From an uncultured Actinomycetota bacterium (GTDB taxonomy: Bacteria; Actinomycetota; Acidimicrobiia; Spongiisociales; UBA5794): a stretch of DNA of 64,000 nucleotides. Positions 50,708 to 60,697 of the stretch are shown here, piece after piece (the first letter of the stretch is position 1; each line of letters starts with the position of its first letter). The notes below the pieces were generated by a model. It searched no databases. It was not told the origin of the DNA and worked only from the letters and a program-made list of their open reading frames with translations. The stretch spans positions 314 to 64,313 of the forward strand of contig CAWAUO010000004.1 in NCBI GenBank assembly GCA_963785245.1. The letters run 5' to 3'. A program made the position numbers and the translations under genes.

Positions 50708-53274
50708 CGGCCGGCTCTGTGGCGTCTGCCACACTGCCACTGCCCGGCCTCCCCGGACTCCAACCGGAATGGTCTCGACTGGTCGAGACTCCGAGACTCG
50801 ACGGCGTCGGGAGAACGTGGCATCTTCTCGACAATCAGATCACCGATCCCGCGGTCACCCTGCTGTGCGTTCACGGGAACCCCACGTGGTCGTATCTTTG
50901 GCGTGACCTGGTATCCCAAGCACCCGATGACGTTCGAGTCGTTGCGGTCGACCAACTCGACATGGGGTATTCGGAGCGGACCGGCACGGTTCGGCGTCTC
51001 CAGCAGCGGATCGATGATCTCTCTGCCCTCACCGACGAACTCCACCTCACGGGTCCGGTTGTGACCGTCGCCCACGACTGGGGCGGGCCGATCGCCCTCG
51101 GTTGGGCAGAGCAGCATCTCGAACAGGTGGCCGGCGTCGTCCTGACGAACACAGCAGTCCACCAACCCGCCGGTTCCCCGGCCCCCGGGCTGATTCGGAT
51201 GGTTCGCGTGCCGGGGATCTTGAACACGGTGTGCGCAACAACCCCGACATTCGTTCGCGGGACGATGGCCCTGTCCCGGCCTCGCCCGGACCGTCCGATT
51301 CGAGAGGCCTACGAAGCCCCGCATCGCACTGCCGACCGTCGGGCCGCCATCGCCACGTTCGTCGAAGACATCCCGTTGAGTCCGGATCATCCGAGTGCGG
51401 AAACGCTGGATCGGGTCGCTGCAGGCCTCGACAACTTGAGCGAGACCCCGGCCCTTTTGCTGTGGGGGCCGTCCGACCCGGTGTTTTCGGACCTGTACCT
51501 CCGCGATTTCATGGCCCGTCTGCCACACGCCGATGTTCACCGATTCGTCGGAGCCAGCCACCTGGTACCTGAAGATGCCGACATCGCCCCCGTGGTGTAC
51601 GAATGGATCGAGCAGATCGGTCGCACGGTGCTGCCTCCAGAGCCGGGGAACGATCGTGCTCCTCTGTGGGGGGCGCTCGCCGACCGCTCGGAAGACGCTG
51701 CGATCGCCATCGTCGAGATGGGATCCGACGGGCCCGAGGCGGTGGTCACCTTCGCCGAACTCGACGCCGATGTGAACCGCGTCGCAGCGGGCCTGGCCGA
51801 CCTTGGCGTCGACAAAGGTGATCGGGTTGCCCTCCTCGTGCCACCCGGCATCGACGTAGCGGTCTGCGTGTACGCCTGTTGGCGGCTTGGGGCCGTTGTG
51901 GTCGTGGCCGATGCCGGTCTTGGAGTACGTGGCATGACACGGGCGTTGACGAGCGCCAACCCTGCATATCTCATCGGCATTCCGCGTGCGCTCGCTGCCG
52001 CCCGCACGCTGCGCTGGCCGGGCGTCCGCATCTCATCGACGCCGATGGCACAGCTACAGCGACGGATGCTGGGAGTCACGACAACGCTCGACGAAATCCG
52101 CGAACGTGGCAACGGGCGACCCTTGCCGCCGCCGCCCGGCCCATCCGACGAGGCCGCGATCGGATTCACCTCGGGCGCCACCGGCCCGGCAAAAGGCGTC
52201 GCCTACCGACACCACCAGATGCAGGCCCAGCGAGATGCTCTCGTCGAACTGTTCGATATCGGTCCAGACGACCGACTCGTCGCCGCGTTCGGTCCGTTCG
52301 CGCTCTACGGCCCGGCAATGGGGATCTCGTCCGTGGTCCCCGACATGGAAGTGACGTCGCCCGGGAGCCTGACGGCGGACGCGCTTGCCGCCGCCGTCCG
52401 ATCTGTTGATGCGACCCTGATCTTCGCCTCGCCGGCGGCGCTGAAGAACGTAGTCGCGACGGCGGATGAGATGACCGAGAACGACGCATCGTCCATGAAA
52501 GACGTCCGATTGCTCATGTCGGCAGGGGCCCCGGTGCCGGCCGCCGTGCTCCAGTCCGTCGGCAAGCTCCTTCCTGCTGCCGAAGCCCACACGCCGTACG
52601 GCATGACCGAAGTGCTCCCAGTAGCGGACATCAGCCTGGCCGGCATCGAAGCCGCAGGGGACGGCGACGGCGTGTGCGTCGGCTACCCGCTTCCGTCCGT
52701 AGAGATCGCGATCGATCCGCTCTCCTCGCCCGAGGCGACGAGCAGTGGGATGACGGTTGCACCCGGTGTCGTGGGGGAGGTGTGCATCCGCGCCCCACAT
52801 ATGCGAGACGGATACGACAAGCTCTGGATGACGGAGCACACAGCGTCGCAGCCCGAGGGGTGGCACCGGAGCGGAGACGTAGGCCACCTCGACGAGCAGG
52901 GCCGATTGTGGATCGCGGGCCGGATGGGCCATATCGTGACGACGTCCGAAGGGCCGGTGACGCCCATCGGCATCGAGCACGCGATCGAGAATGCCCCGGA
53001 GGTGGAGCACGCTGCCGTGGTTGGGGTCGGGCCCGAAGGGATGCAACAGGTCGTCGTGGTCGCCGTACCGGCGGAAGGCAAGGTGCGTCCGGGCCTCGCC
53101 GACGAGACCCTCTCCGACATCGTGCGCGGCCACGCCCCCGAGGTTGACATCGCCGCCGTCCTGGTGACGTCCCGGCTCCCGGTCGACAAACGCCACAACT
53201 CCAAGATCAACCGCACGCGGATCGCCCGGTGGGCGGAGCGGGCACTCGCTGGTGGGAGAGTCGGACGCATATGA
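50704..53274 (+). CDS. oleBC: OleBC fusion (beta-lactone decarboxylase + beta-lactone synthetase)
   Basis: HGNPTWS and VAHDWGG alpha/beta-hydrolase, then AMP-binding FTSGATGPAKG, YGMTE, PVDKRHNSKI. Confidence 0.9.
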   Translation: MTAGSVASATLPLPGLPGLQPEWSRLVETPRLDGVGRTWHLLDNQITDPAVTLLCVHGNPTWSYLWRDLVSQAPDDVRVVAVDQLDMGYSERTGTVRRLQQRIDDLSALTDELHLTGPVVTVAHDWGGPIALGWAEQHLEQVAGVVLTNTAVHQPAGSPAPGLIRMVRVPGILNTVCATTPTFVRGTMALSRPRPDRPIREAYEAPHRTADRRAAIATFVEDIPLSPDHPSAETLDRVAAGLDNLSETPALLLWGPSDPVFSDLYLRDFMARLPHADVHRFVGASHLVPEDADIAPVVYEWIEQIGRTVLPPEPGNDRAPLWGALADRSEDAAIAIVEMGSDGPEAVVTFAELDADVNRVAAGLADLGVDKGDRVALLVPPGIDVAVCVYACWRLGAVVVVADAGLGVRGMTRALTSANPAYLIGIPRALAAARTLRWPGVRISSTPMAQLQRRMLGVTTTLDEIRERGNGRPLPPPPGPSDEAAIGFTSGATGPAKGVAYRHHQMQAQRDALVELFDIGPDDRLVAAFGPFALYGPAMGISSVVPDMEVTSPGSLTADALAAAVRSVDATLIFASPAALKNVVATADEMTENDASSMKDVRLLMSAGAPVPAAVLQSVGKLLPAAEAHTPYGMTEVLPVADISLAGIEAAGDGDGVCVGYPLPSVEIAIDPLSSPEATSSGMTVAPGVVGEVCIRAPHMRDGYDKLWMTEHTASQPEGWHRSGDVGHLDEQGRLWIAGRMGHIVTTSEGPVTPIGIEHAIENAPEVEHAAVVGVGPEGMQQVVVVAVPAEGKVRPGLADETLSDIVRGHAPEVDIAAVLVTSRLPVDKRHNSKINRTRIARWAERALAGGRVGRI

Positions 53275-54263
53275 GGGTGCTCGTCACCGGAGCGACGAGC
53301 TTGCTCGGCGGAGCGGTCGTCGAACGCCTCGTGGCCCGCGGCGATGACGTGTCGGTGTTTCAGCGCCGCTCCGGACCCTCAGGGCTGTCAGAACACCTCG
53401 GCGACGTCGCGGACCGTGATGCCGTCGATCGGGCGGTCCATGGCGCTACCGCCGTCATCCACCTTGCAGCCCGTGTGGGCGTGACCGGGCCATGGTCCGA
53501 ATACGAGGCAGCCAACATCGTGGGAACCCAGAACGTCGTTGGGGCGGCGCAGGCGTCCGGCGTTCGCCGTTTCGTGTATGTCTCGTCTCCGTCGGTCGCC
53601 CACCACGGCGCGTCGCTCGTGGGGGCGCCGGCCGGTCCCGCCGATCCTGACCGTGCCCGTGGCAACTACGCGAGGAGCAAGGCACAGGGCGAACTGATCG
53701 CCCTCGATGCTGACTCGCCGGACCTTGCGGCGGTCGCCATCCGACCCCACCTCGTGTGGGGGCCCGGCGACACTCAACTCATCGGCCGTATCGTCGAGCG
53801 CGCACGAGCAGGCCGGCTGCCGACCGTCGGAACTGGTGCCGCTCTGATCGACACGACCTATGTCGAAAACGCGGCCGACGCGCTCGTGGCCGCGCTCGAC
53901 CGAGCCCCCGAGATCGGTGGACGCGCCCTCGTTGTGACCAATGGGCAACCGCGTCCCGTTCGTGAGATCCTGAACCGCATCGTGCTCGCGGCGGGCCTGG
54001 AGCCGTCCCGCGTGCGAATCCCATATCGCATCGCCTGGGGTGGCGGTTTGATCGCGGAGCGGATCTGGGAGCGGCGGGGGAGCGACAGAGATCCGCCGAT
54101 GACCAGCTTTCTCGCCGAGCAACTGGGCACGGCGCACTGGTTCGATCAGCGCGAGACCCGCGAGGTGCTGCGTTGGAGTCCCGCAGTCACGCTTGCTGAC
54201 GGATTCGATCGCCTCGCCGCGTGGTTCTCGTCCATTCCGCCGACGGCCGGCGACATCACCTGA
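53271..54263 (+). CDS. oleD: OleD 2-alkyl-3-oxoalkanoate reductase (extended SDR)
   Basis: VSSPSV, YARSK, IRPHLVWGPGD, DTTYVEN, AHWFD; coupled to oleBC. Confidence 0.88.
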   Translation: MRVLVTGATSLLGGAVVERLVARGDDVSVFQRRSGPSGLSEHLGDVADRDAVDRAVHGATAVIHLAARVGVTGPWSEYEAANIVGTQNVVGAAQASGVRRFVYVSSPSVAHHGASLVGAPAGPADPDRARGNYARSKAQGELIALDADSPDLAAVAIRPHLVWGPGDTQLIGRIVERARAGRLPTVGTGAALIDTTYVENAADALVAALDRAPEIGGRALVVTNGQPRPVREILNRIVLAAGLEPSRVRIPYRIAWGGGLIAERIWERRGSDRDPPMTSFLAEQLGTAHWFDQRETREVLRWSPAVTLADGFDRLAAWFSSIPPTAGDIT

Positions 54264-54561
54264 CCCTTGGTTCGTCGACCGAAGCGATCAAGGGTGGTCT
54301 TGCAGGTCCGGCCTGCACGCTTCAGAGACTCAGCTCAACTCCCAAGATTGTGACTGCCGACACAAACGGATGGAACCACGTGCGCTGCGCCGCTCAAGGC
54401 TGCCGCGCGGGTTGGAAGCTTCGGGCCATAGGGAATGGAGCGACAGCCAACGAACGGACCGAGGGGGGTCAAAGGATGTGATCACGAAAGCACGGCAGCT
54501 GGGGCATGGGGCCGAGCATCCTCCCGGTCGGCATCGCTCCGGCAGCGGCTGCTTGCCGGGC

Positions 54562-54590
54562 CTCAGGTTCCGGCGCCGAAACGCCGATAG
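54562..54590 (+). promoter_or_regulatory. FliA/WhiG (sigma28)-type promoter candidate
   Basis: CTCA-N17-GCCGATAG about 50 bp upstream of the sensor kinase. Confidence 0.45.
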
Positions 54591-54641
54591 AAACCTACCT
54601 ATGAGGGGACCACGCCCGCACCCGGCGGGCAGGAACGCGCG

Positions 54642-56534
54642 ATGATCGACAGTGACGGCATAGCCGCCTTGGTAGATGACCATGGCCCCTCGAGCCCGGA
54701 GCACGGGCTCTTGCGAATCGGCGGTATGTGGCGGATCTGGCAGGTCTTCCGCATCGTGGTGTGCCTCGTGCTCATCATCTGCGGACTGGGCCTGGCGGCT
54801 GTGTGGGGATGGAACGGTGGATTCGTCGTGGCAGCTCTGGCGGCCATTGCGCTCATTGGCGCAGTCCTACGCTACGTGTCGCCGGCCAGGTCCCCGCTCC
54901 CCTCATTCCTCTTGGACTTCACCCTCATCGGCGTGGCACTCGTTGTTGTGGACGTTGCACCGGCGGGAATCGGTGCTGCCCTCCTCTACATGATGGCGAT
55001 TCCTTTGGTGTTCCTACCGTGGCGCCGCGCGTTGCCGGTGGTGGCCTACGGCCTCGCTTGGTCGCTGATCGGTCTGCGCGCCGGGTCGATCTGGGGCCCA
55101 TCGACCAGCGTTCCTGAGATCGTGGTGACCAGCATTGCCGTCGTCGCCTTCGGCGGACTCACGTTGGCACTTCTCGGGGTCATGTCGTTTCGACTCGAGA
55201 GTGCCCACAGGGACGGTGAACGCCGCGCTCGAATGGAGGAGGTCCTCGCTCGATGTGGGAGGGTTCTCCTCGCCAACCCGGAGGAGCGAGCCATCGATGC
55301 GGCGCTGGCAGCTCTGCTTGATGTGGCGCCGGTTCAGAGCATCTTCGTTGACGTGAACTACGAGGAGCCGGCGGTCGGGCTATGCGCGCGGGTTTCCCAC
55401 GAAGCCACGCGAACCGGTATCGAGGCGTTCGCAGGCCAGGAGATCTGGTTCGACGAAGTTGACCCTGACCGGATGATCTATGCGGAGTTCGCCTACAACG
55501 ATCTCCCGGATCTTCGGGATTCGCTGGCGAAGGGCGAAGCAGCGACGGTGCACACGGTGGATCTCGTGGGTCGCGCCCGCGAAATCTATGAGCAAGACGG
55601 CCGTAAATCCGAGCTGAACATCCCCATCACGATCAATGGCGAGTGGGTCGGTTCGCTTGGGCTCGCAGACTATGTCGTCGATCGGCATTGGGGCCCGGAC
55701 GATCTCGGTGTGCTCCAGACTGCGGCGGCGATGATCGGATCGTTCTGGGAGCGCGGCCGGGCGATCCGCGACCTCGAAGAAATCGTCAAGTCCAAGGACC
55801 AGTTCCTCGCCTCGATCAGTCATGAGATTCGGACGCCTCTGACCGCCGTGCTCGGATTCTCGGAGGTACTTCGAGATGAGGCCGTTGGCCTAGGGCCGGG
55901 GGGCGCAGAAATGGTGGGCTTCGTTGTTCAGCAGGCTCGCGAGATGGCTGACATCGTCGAGGATCTGTTGGTCGCAGCCCGTGCAGATATCGACGCGCTG
56001 TCGGTCGTTCGGGTTGCTGTGCCGTTGGAGCGAGAGGTGCGGGCTGTGATCGCAGCTCGAGGGCGGAGTAAGGCGCCGGATGTCGTTGTTGAAGATGCGG
56101 ATGTCATCGCCACCGGTGATCCGATACGGATCCGCCAGATCATTAGGTGCCTCGTCAGCAACGCCTCCCGATACGGCGGTGAGGAGCTTCGAGTGCGCGT
56201 TCGGCGAACGGATGAGAGGGCCATTCTGACGGTCTCGGACAATGGATCGGGTGTCCCACCTGGGCATGAGCAAGACATCTTCGAGGCGTTTCACCGTGCG
56301 AAGACCGACGACGGTACGACTCAGGCAATTGGCCTCGGGCTGTTTGTCTCGCACCATCTCGCCGGACTGATGGACGGATCTCTCTCCTACTACCGGGAAA
56401 GCGATTGGACGACATTCGAGCTGGATCTCCCTGCGGCGAGCCGACCGCGCCCCACGGTCCGGACTGCGATCCCGACGGGTGCGACCGAGCGGTCGGTTCT
56501 CGCGACCGGTTCCTGGTTGGTTCCGTTGCAGTAG
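54642..56534 (+). CDS. Membrane sensor histidine kinase with GAF domain (orphan)
   Basis: Several TMs, GAF-like segment, SISHEIRTPL H-box, NASRY, DNGSG, GLGL. Confidence 0.92.
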   Translation: MIDSDGIAALVDDHGPSSPEHGLLRIGGMWRIWQVFRIVVCLVLIICGLGLAAVWGWNGGFVVAALAAIALIGAVLRYVSPARSPLPSFLLDFTLIGVALVVVDVAPAGIGAALLYMMAIPLVFLPWRRALPVVAYGLAWSLIGLRAGSIWGPSTSVPEIVVTSIAVVAFGGLTLALLGVMSFRLESAHRDGERRARMEEVLARCGRVLLANPEERAIDAALAALLDVAPVQSIFVDVNYEEPAVGLCARVSHEATRTGIEAFAGQEIWFDEVDPDRMIYAEFAYNDLPDLRDSLAKGEAATVHTVDLVGRAREIYEQDGRKSELNIPITINGEWVGSLGLADYVVDRHWGPDDLGVLQTAAAMIGSFWERGRAIRDLEEIVKSKDQFLASISHEIRTPLTAVLGFSEVLRDEAVGLGPGGAEMVGFVVQQAREMADIVEDLLVAARADIDALSVVRVAVPLEREVRAVIAARGRSKAPDVVVEDADVIATGDPIRIRQIIRCLVSNASRYGGEELRVRVRRTDERAILTVSDNGSGVPPGHEQDIFEAFHRAKTDDGTTQAIGLGLFVSHHLAGLMDGSLSYYRESDWTTFELDLPAASRPRPTVRTAIPTGATERSVLATGSWLVPLQ

Positions 56535-56564
56535 ACCTTGTGTGTGATGGCCTGCCGGGCGAGG

Positions 56565-56972
56565 CTAGGAGCGCTCCAGGATCACAACCGGGATGATCTC
56601 CCGGGCCGTCTGTCGCTCGTACTCTGCGAATTGCGGCCAGTCCTGTTTCTGGCGATTCCAGATGTCGTGGTGTTCCTCACCGTCGGCGATGCGGGCGGTC
56701 ACGCGAACCGACTCGGATCCGATCTCGACCTTGGTCTCGGCGTTCGCTGCCACGTTGTAGAACCAGTCCGGGTTCGAGTTCGCTCCCGCTTTGGAGGCAA
56801 ACACGGCATAGCCGTTCGGGATGGTCTGATACATCAGGGGCGTCACTCGCTGGGTCCCGGTGCGGGCCCCGGCGTGGTGGAGGAGCAGGAGTGGTGCGCC
56901 TTCGAACATGCCGCCGACTTTGCCGTTGTTGGCCCTGAATTCGTCGGTGATTTGCTGGTTCCAATCGCTCAC
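56565..56972 (-). CDS. F420H2-dependent (Ddn/nitroreductase family) oxidoreductase
   Basis: WNQQITDEFRANNGKVGG, FASKAG...PDWFYN, YERQTAREIIPVVIL. Confidence 0.92.
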   Translation of the reverse strand: MSDWNQQITDEFRANNGKVGGMFEGAPLLLLHHAGARTGTQRVTPLMYQTIPNGYAVFASKAGANSNPDWFYNVAANAETKVEIGSESVRVTARIADGEEHHDIWNRQKQDWPQFAEYERQTAREIIPVVILERS

Positions 56973-57144
56973 GGCGTTGCGCTCCTCGCGTTGACGGCTC
57001 TCGTGAGGTGATCAACCGCCGGATCGGGTGTTCTGTTCCGGGGCGCCTCAGCCCTCGCCTGCCGAGGCGCGCATCCGATGACGGACAAACGGGTAGTCTC
57101 AGCCGAACTGTGCCGAGACGAGCGCCCGTCGAGAGTGGTGGCGA

Positions 57145-58887
57145 GTGAACATCCGATCTCTGTTCCGAAGAGAGACGCTGAAGAGCGATGCGGTCGCGGG
57201 CGTCGTGCTCGGCGTCGAGAGTGTCCCGGATGGACTCGCGGGCGGCCTCCTCGCCGGGGTCAATCCCGTCTACGGCCTCTACGGGTACATGGTCGGCACC
57301 GTTACCGGTGCGCTGTTCACGAGTTCGTCGTTCATGGCGGTGCAGGCGACCGGGGCGATGGCGATTGTCGTCGCCGATGTGTCCGTCATCCACACGGCAG
57401 AGGATCCGGGTCGGGCCCTCTTCACCTTGTCGATCCTCACTGGGATCGTGATGCTCATCGCCGGCTTGCTGAAGCTTGGCTCGATCCTGCGTTTCGTGTC
57501 GAACGCGGTGATGGTCGGCTTCATCAACGCCGTTGGCGTGAATATCGTCCTCGGACAACTCGATGACTTCACCGGGTATGAGGCGGAAGGCGGGAATCGC
57601 GTCGTGCGGGCCTTCGACCTCTTGTTCAACTTCGGCAAGGTGCACTGGCCGACGCTGGCCATTGGCGTCGCCACGATCGCGCTGATCCTGCTCCTCGAAC
57701 GCACGAAGCTCGGACCGCTCGGCCTGGTGGTGGCGATCATCCTCACCTCTGCGGTGACGTGGGCGATCACCGCCAATTCCGACGTTGTGATCGCGACGCT
57801 CAACGACATTGCCGATATCCCGAGTTCGCTCCCGCTCCCGATGCTGCCCGACCTGAGCCTCGTGTTTGTCCTGATTGTTCCCGCGCTCTCGCTTGCGTTC
57901 GTTGGCCTCGTCCAGGGCGCCGGGATCTCCGCGAATTTTCCGAACCCCGATGGAACATACCCGAAAGCATCCCGAGACTTCATCGGTCAGGGCGCGGCGA
58001 ACGTGGCCTCTGGCTTCTTGCAGGGGATGCCGGTCGGCGGATCGATGTCAGCGAGTTCGCTGGTCAAGACGGCGGGAGCCAGATCGCGCCTCGCACTGAT
58101 GATCGCGAGCGTTGTGATGGCGATCGTGATTCTCGTGTTCGGCGATCTCGTCGGGTACATCGCGATGCCGGCGCTCGCCGGACTGCTGATGACCGTCGGC
58201 TACCGAACGGTGAAACCGGCCGACATCAAGGCGATCTGGAAGACCGGCGCCATGCAAGCGACCGTGATGGTGGTCACGTTCGTGCTGACCATGATCATCC
58301 CGCTGCAATACGCGGTGCTCGTTGGTGTCGGCATCTCGATGATCCTGTTCATCATCAACCAGTCGAACCAGGTGGTCATCAAGCAGTGGGTCATGGAAGA
58401 CGGTCGCCTCCGCGAGACCGACCGGCCCGAAGAGGTTCCTCCCGGAGAAGTCATCATCTTGCAGCCCTATGGGAGCCTGTTCTTCGCTTCGGCACCGGTG
58501 TTTGAGGACAAGCTCCCCGATGTGACTCCCGAAACACGGGGTTCCGTCGTGATCCTGCGGCTCCGCGGCCGGAGCGACCTGGGGTCGACCTTCATGGACG
58601 TCCTGGATAAGTACGGACGAGCTCTGAAGGACCAGGGGAACGAGTTGATGCTCGTCTCGGCAGACGAGAACATGCACGAACAATTGCAGGTCGCCGGTGT
58701 TGCTGATCTCGTGGGGGAGCAGAACGTGTTCACCTCGGACGAGTGGGTCGGGCAGACCCTGCGGACGGCATACGACCAGGCGGTCGGCTGGGTCGATGAA
58801 CACCCGAACGACGAGGCTGCTCCAGCGGATCCCACCCCGTCCGACTTCCTACCCTCCGATCCCGAGGACGAAGCGCCGCCGAGTTAG
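57145..58887 (+). CDS. SulP/SLC26 anion transporter with STAS domain
   Basis: DAVAG...VPDGLA...PVYGLY, GQGAAN, GSMSAS, GSLFFAS. Confidence 0.93.
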   Translation: MNIRSLFRRETLKSDAVAGVVLGVESVPDGLAGGLLAGVNPVYGLYGYMVGTVTGALFTSSSFMAVQATGAMAIVVADVSVIHTAEDPGRALFTLSILTGIVMLIAGLLKLGSILRFVSNAVMVGFINAVGVNIVLGQLDDFTGYEAEGGNRVVRAFDLLFNFGKVHWPTLAIGVATIALILLLERTKLGPLGLVVAIILTSAVTWAITANSDVVIATLNDIADIPSSLPLPMLPDLSLVFVLIVPALSLAFVGLVQGAGISANFPNPDGTYPKASRDFIGQGAANVASGFLQGMPVGGSMSASSLVKTAGARSRLALMIASVVMAIVILVFGDLVGYIAMPALAGLLMTVGYRTVKPADIKAIWKTGAMQATVMVVTFVLTMIIPLQYAVLVGVGISMILFIINQSNQVVIKQWVMEDGRLRETDRPEEVPPGEVIILQPYGSLFFASAPVFEDKLPDVTPETRGSVVILRLRGRSDLGSTFMDVLDKYGRALKDQGNELMLVSADENMHEQLQVAGVADLVGEQNVFTSDEWVGQTLRTAYDQAVGWVDEHPNDEAAPADPTPSDFLPSDPEDEAPPS

Positions 58888-58938
58888 GCCACGCTCCGCC
58901 GGGCTAATCTGAGTGGTCGGCAAGCGAGGAGGAATGCG

Positions 58939-59619
58939 ATGCACATACCCGATGGTGTGATCGGCCCCGGCGTGAGCGCGGCCGCAGGTGTCGTTGCCGC
59001 CGGTGGGTTCGGTGTCGCTGTCTCTCGTGCCCGGAGATACCTGACCGACCGACTCGTGCCGCTGGCAGCGCTCGTGACCGCGTTCGTGTTTGCCGGCCAG
59101 ATGATCAACTTTCCCGTGCTGCCCGGAATGTCGGGTCATCTGATCGGCGGTGTGCTCGCCGCCGTGCTGGTCGGCCCGTGGGCCGGCTTCCTCGTGATCG
59201 CAATCGTGCTCATGATCCAGGCGTTCCTGTTCGCCGACGGAGGGCTCACGGCGCTCGGACTCAACATCGTCAACATGGCGTTGATCGGTGGAGTCGTTGG
59301 CTACGGCGTGTATCGCGTGGTGTTCCGCTTTGCGGGTTCCCGGCCTGACCGGGTCGCGTTGTCTGCCGGGATTGCCGCATTCGTGTCGGTTCCGCTCGCG
59401 GGAATGGGGTTCGTTTTTGAGTTCGCGCTTGGTGGCACGGCTGAGAGTCTCTCGATCGCGGCGATCCTCGCCGCGATGCTCGGGACACACCTCCTGATCG
59501 GGATCGGTGAGGGCTTCATCACGTTCTTCGTCGTCGGTGCGGTGATGAAAGCCCGGCCGGACCTGGTCTACGGTTCTCCGACCTTCTCCGGCCGCAGAAC
59601 CGAGGAGTTGATGTCATGA
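58939..59619 (+). CDS. ECF Ni/Co transporter S component (NikM/CbiM)
   Basis: N-terminal MHIPDG, FAGQMINFP, SGHLIGG, FADGGLTALG. Confidence 0.92.
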   Translation: MHIPDGVIGPGVSAAAGVVAAGGFGVAVSRARRYLTDRLVPLAALVTAFVFAGQMINFPVLPGMSGHLIGGVLAAVLVGPWAGFLVIAIVLMIQAFLFADGGLTALGLNIVNMALIGGVVGYGVYRVVFRFAGSRPDRVALSAGIAAFVSVPLAGMGFVFEFALGGTAESLSIAAILAAMLGTHLLIGIGEGFITFFVVGAVMKARPDLVYGSPTFSGRRTEELMS

Positions 59620-59936
59620 GCCGTCGTGCCCTCGGCTTGTTCGCTCTCGGTCTGCTGATCACGGTGTTTGTTGCTGTCGTTCTCTCGCAGTTTGCGTCCT
59701 CCGAACCGGACGGTCTCGAGTACGTGGCCGAGGACCAGGGCTTCGCGAACACGGCAGAAGATCACGATCTCGCAGACGCACCGCTTGCCGACTACGGCGA
59801 GAATCTGGAGTCCAGTGGTGCGATCTCGACCGGCGTCGCCGGGTTCATCGGAGTGATCGCGGCCCTGGGAGTCGGGTTCGGCTTGTTCTGGCTGATTCGG
59901 GCCCCGAATACCGACTCGCCGCGCCGGACGTCGTGA
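59616..59936 (+). CDS. PDGLE-domain protein (NikN-like)
   Basis: ASSEPDGLEYVA between two TM helices. Confidence 0.9.
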   Translation: MSRRALGLFALGLLITVFVAVVLSQFASSEPDGLEYVAEDQGFANTAEDHDLADAPLADYGENLESSGAISTGVAGFIGVIAALGVGFGLFWLIRAPNTDSPRRTS

Positions 59937-60697
59937 GCGGGAGCCACGTCCACGCGCTCTATCGCCATGGGGACTCGCCGTTGCACCGCGCCGCTCCTCA
60001 AGTGAAGATCGTCGCCGCATTCGGGCTCGTGTTCGTGATCGCCCTCACGCCACGGACTGCGATCTGGGCTTTCGCAGTGTATGGGGTGATCGTCGCAGGG
60101 TTGATTGCGGTCGCGAACCTGTCCATCGCGTTCATCGCACGGCGCGCGATCGTTCTGATTCCGTTCCTGGTCGTCGCCTTGCTCTTTCCGATCATCGGAT
60201 CGGGCGAGCGCGTCGAGGTATTCGGCATCCCACTGTCGGAGCAGGGGTTGTGGGACATGTGGAACGTGTTTGCCAAGGCGGGCCTGGGGTTCCTCGTCGC
60301 GGTCGTCCTGGCGGCGACCACCGCGATTGCCGACCTCCTTCGCGGCCTCGATGCGCTCCACATGCCGCGGATCGTCACGTCGATCATCGGATTCGCGGTG
60401 CGATACATCGATATCGTCGGAGCGGATTTCGGTCGGATGCGGGTCGCCCTCGCATCTCGGGGCTACCAGGGGCGATCGATCGCTACGTGGCGTGTCTACG
60501 CAAGGACCGTCGGGTCGGTGTTCGTGCGCACCTATGAGCGAGGGGAGCGCGTCTATCTTGCGATGCTGTCGCGCGTCTACAACGGGACCATGCCGTCTGC
60601 AGGGGCCGTTGCCGTTCCCGGCGTCCAGTGGGCGGCCGCTGCGGCGCTCGTCGGCTCGGCGGCGATCGTCATGGTCGCATCCAGGGGTTTGGCGTGA
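59933..60697 (+). CDS. ECF T component (NikQ/CbiQ)
   Basis: SPLHR.....K, RYI, RTYERGERVYLAMLSR. Confidence 0.92.
   Translation: MSGSHVHALYRHGDSPLHRAAPQVKIVAAFGLVFVIALTPRTAIWAFAVYGVIVAGLIAVANLSIAFIARRAIVLIPFLVVALLFPIIGSGERVEVFGIPLSEQGLWDMWNVFAKAGLGFLVAVVLAATTAIADLLRGLDALHMPRIVTSIIGFAVRYIDIVGADFGRMRVALASRGYQGRSIATWRVYARTVGSVFVRTYERGERVYLAMLSRVYNGTMPSAGAVAVPGVQWAAAAALVGSAAIVMVASRGLA

Noticed and set aside
54264-54560. Known riboswitch upstream of the kinase
   Set aside because: Hairpins are present, but I could not match c-di-GMP, cobalamin, TPP or SAM consensus by eye. An Rfam scan is needed.
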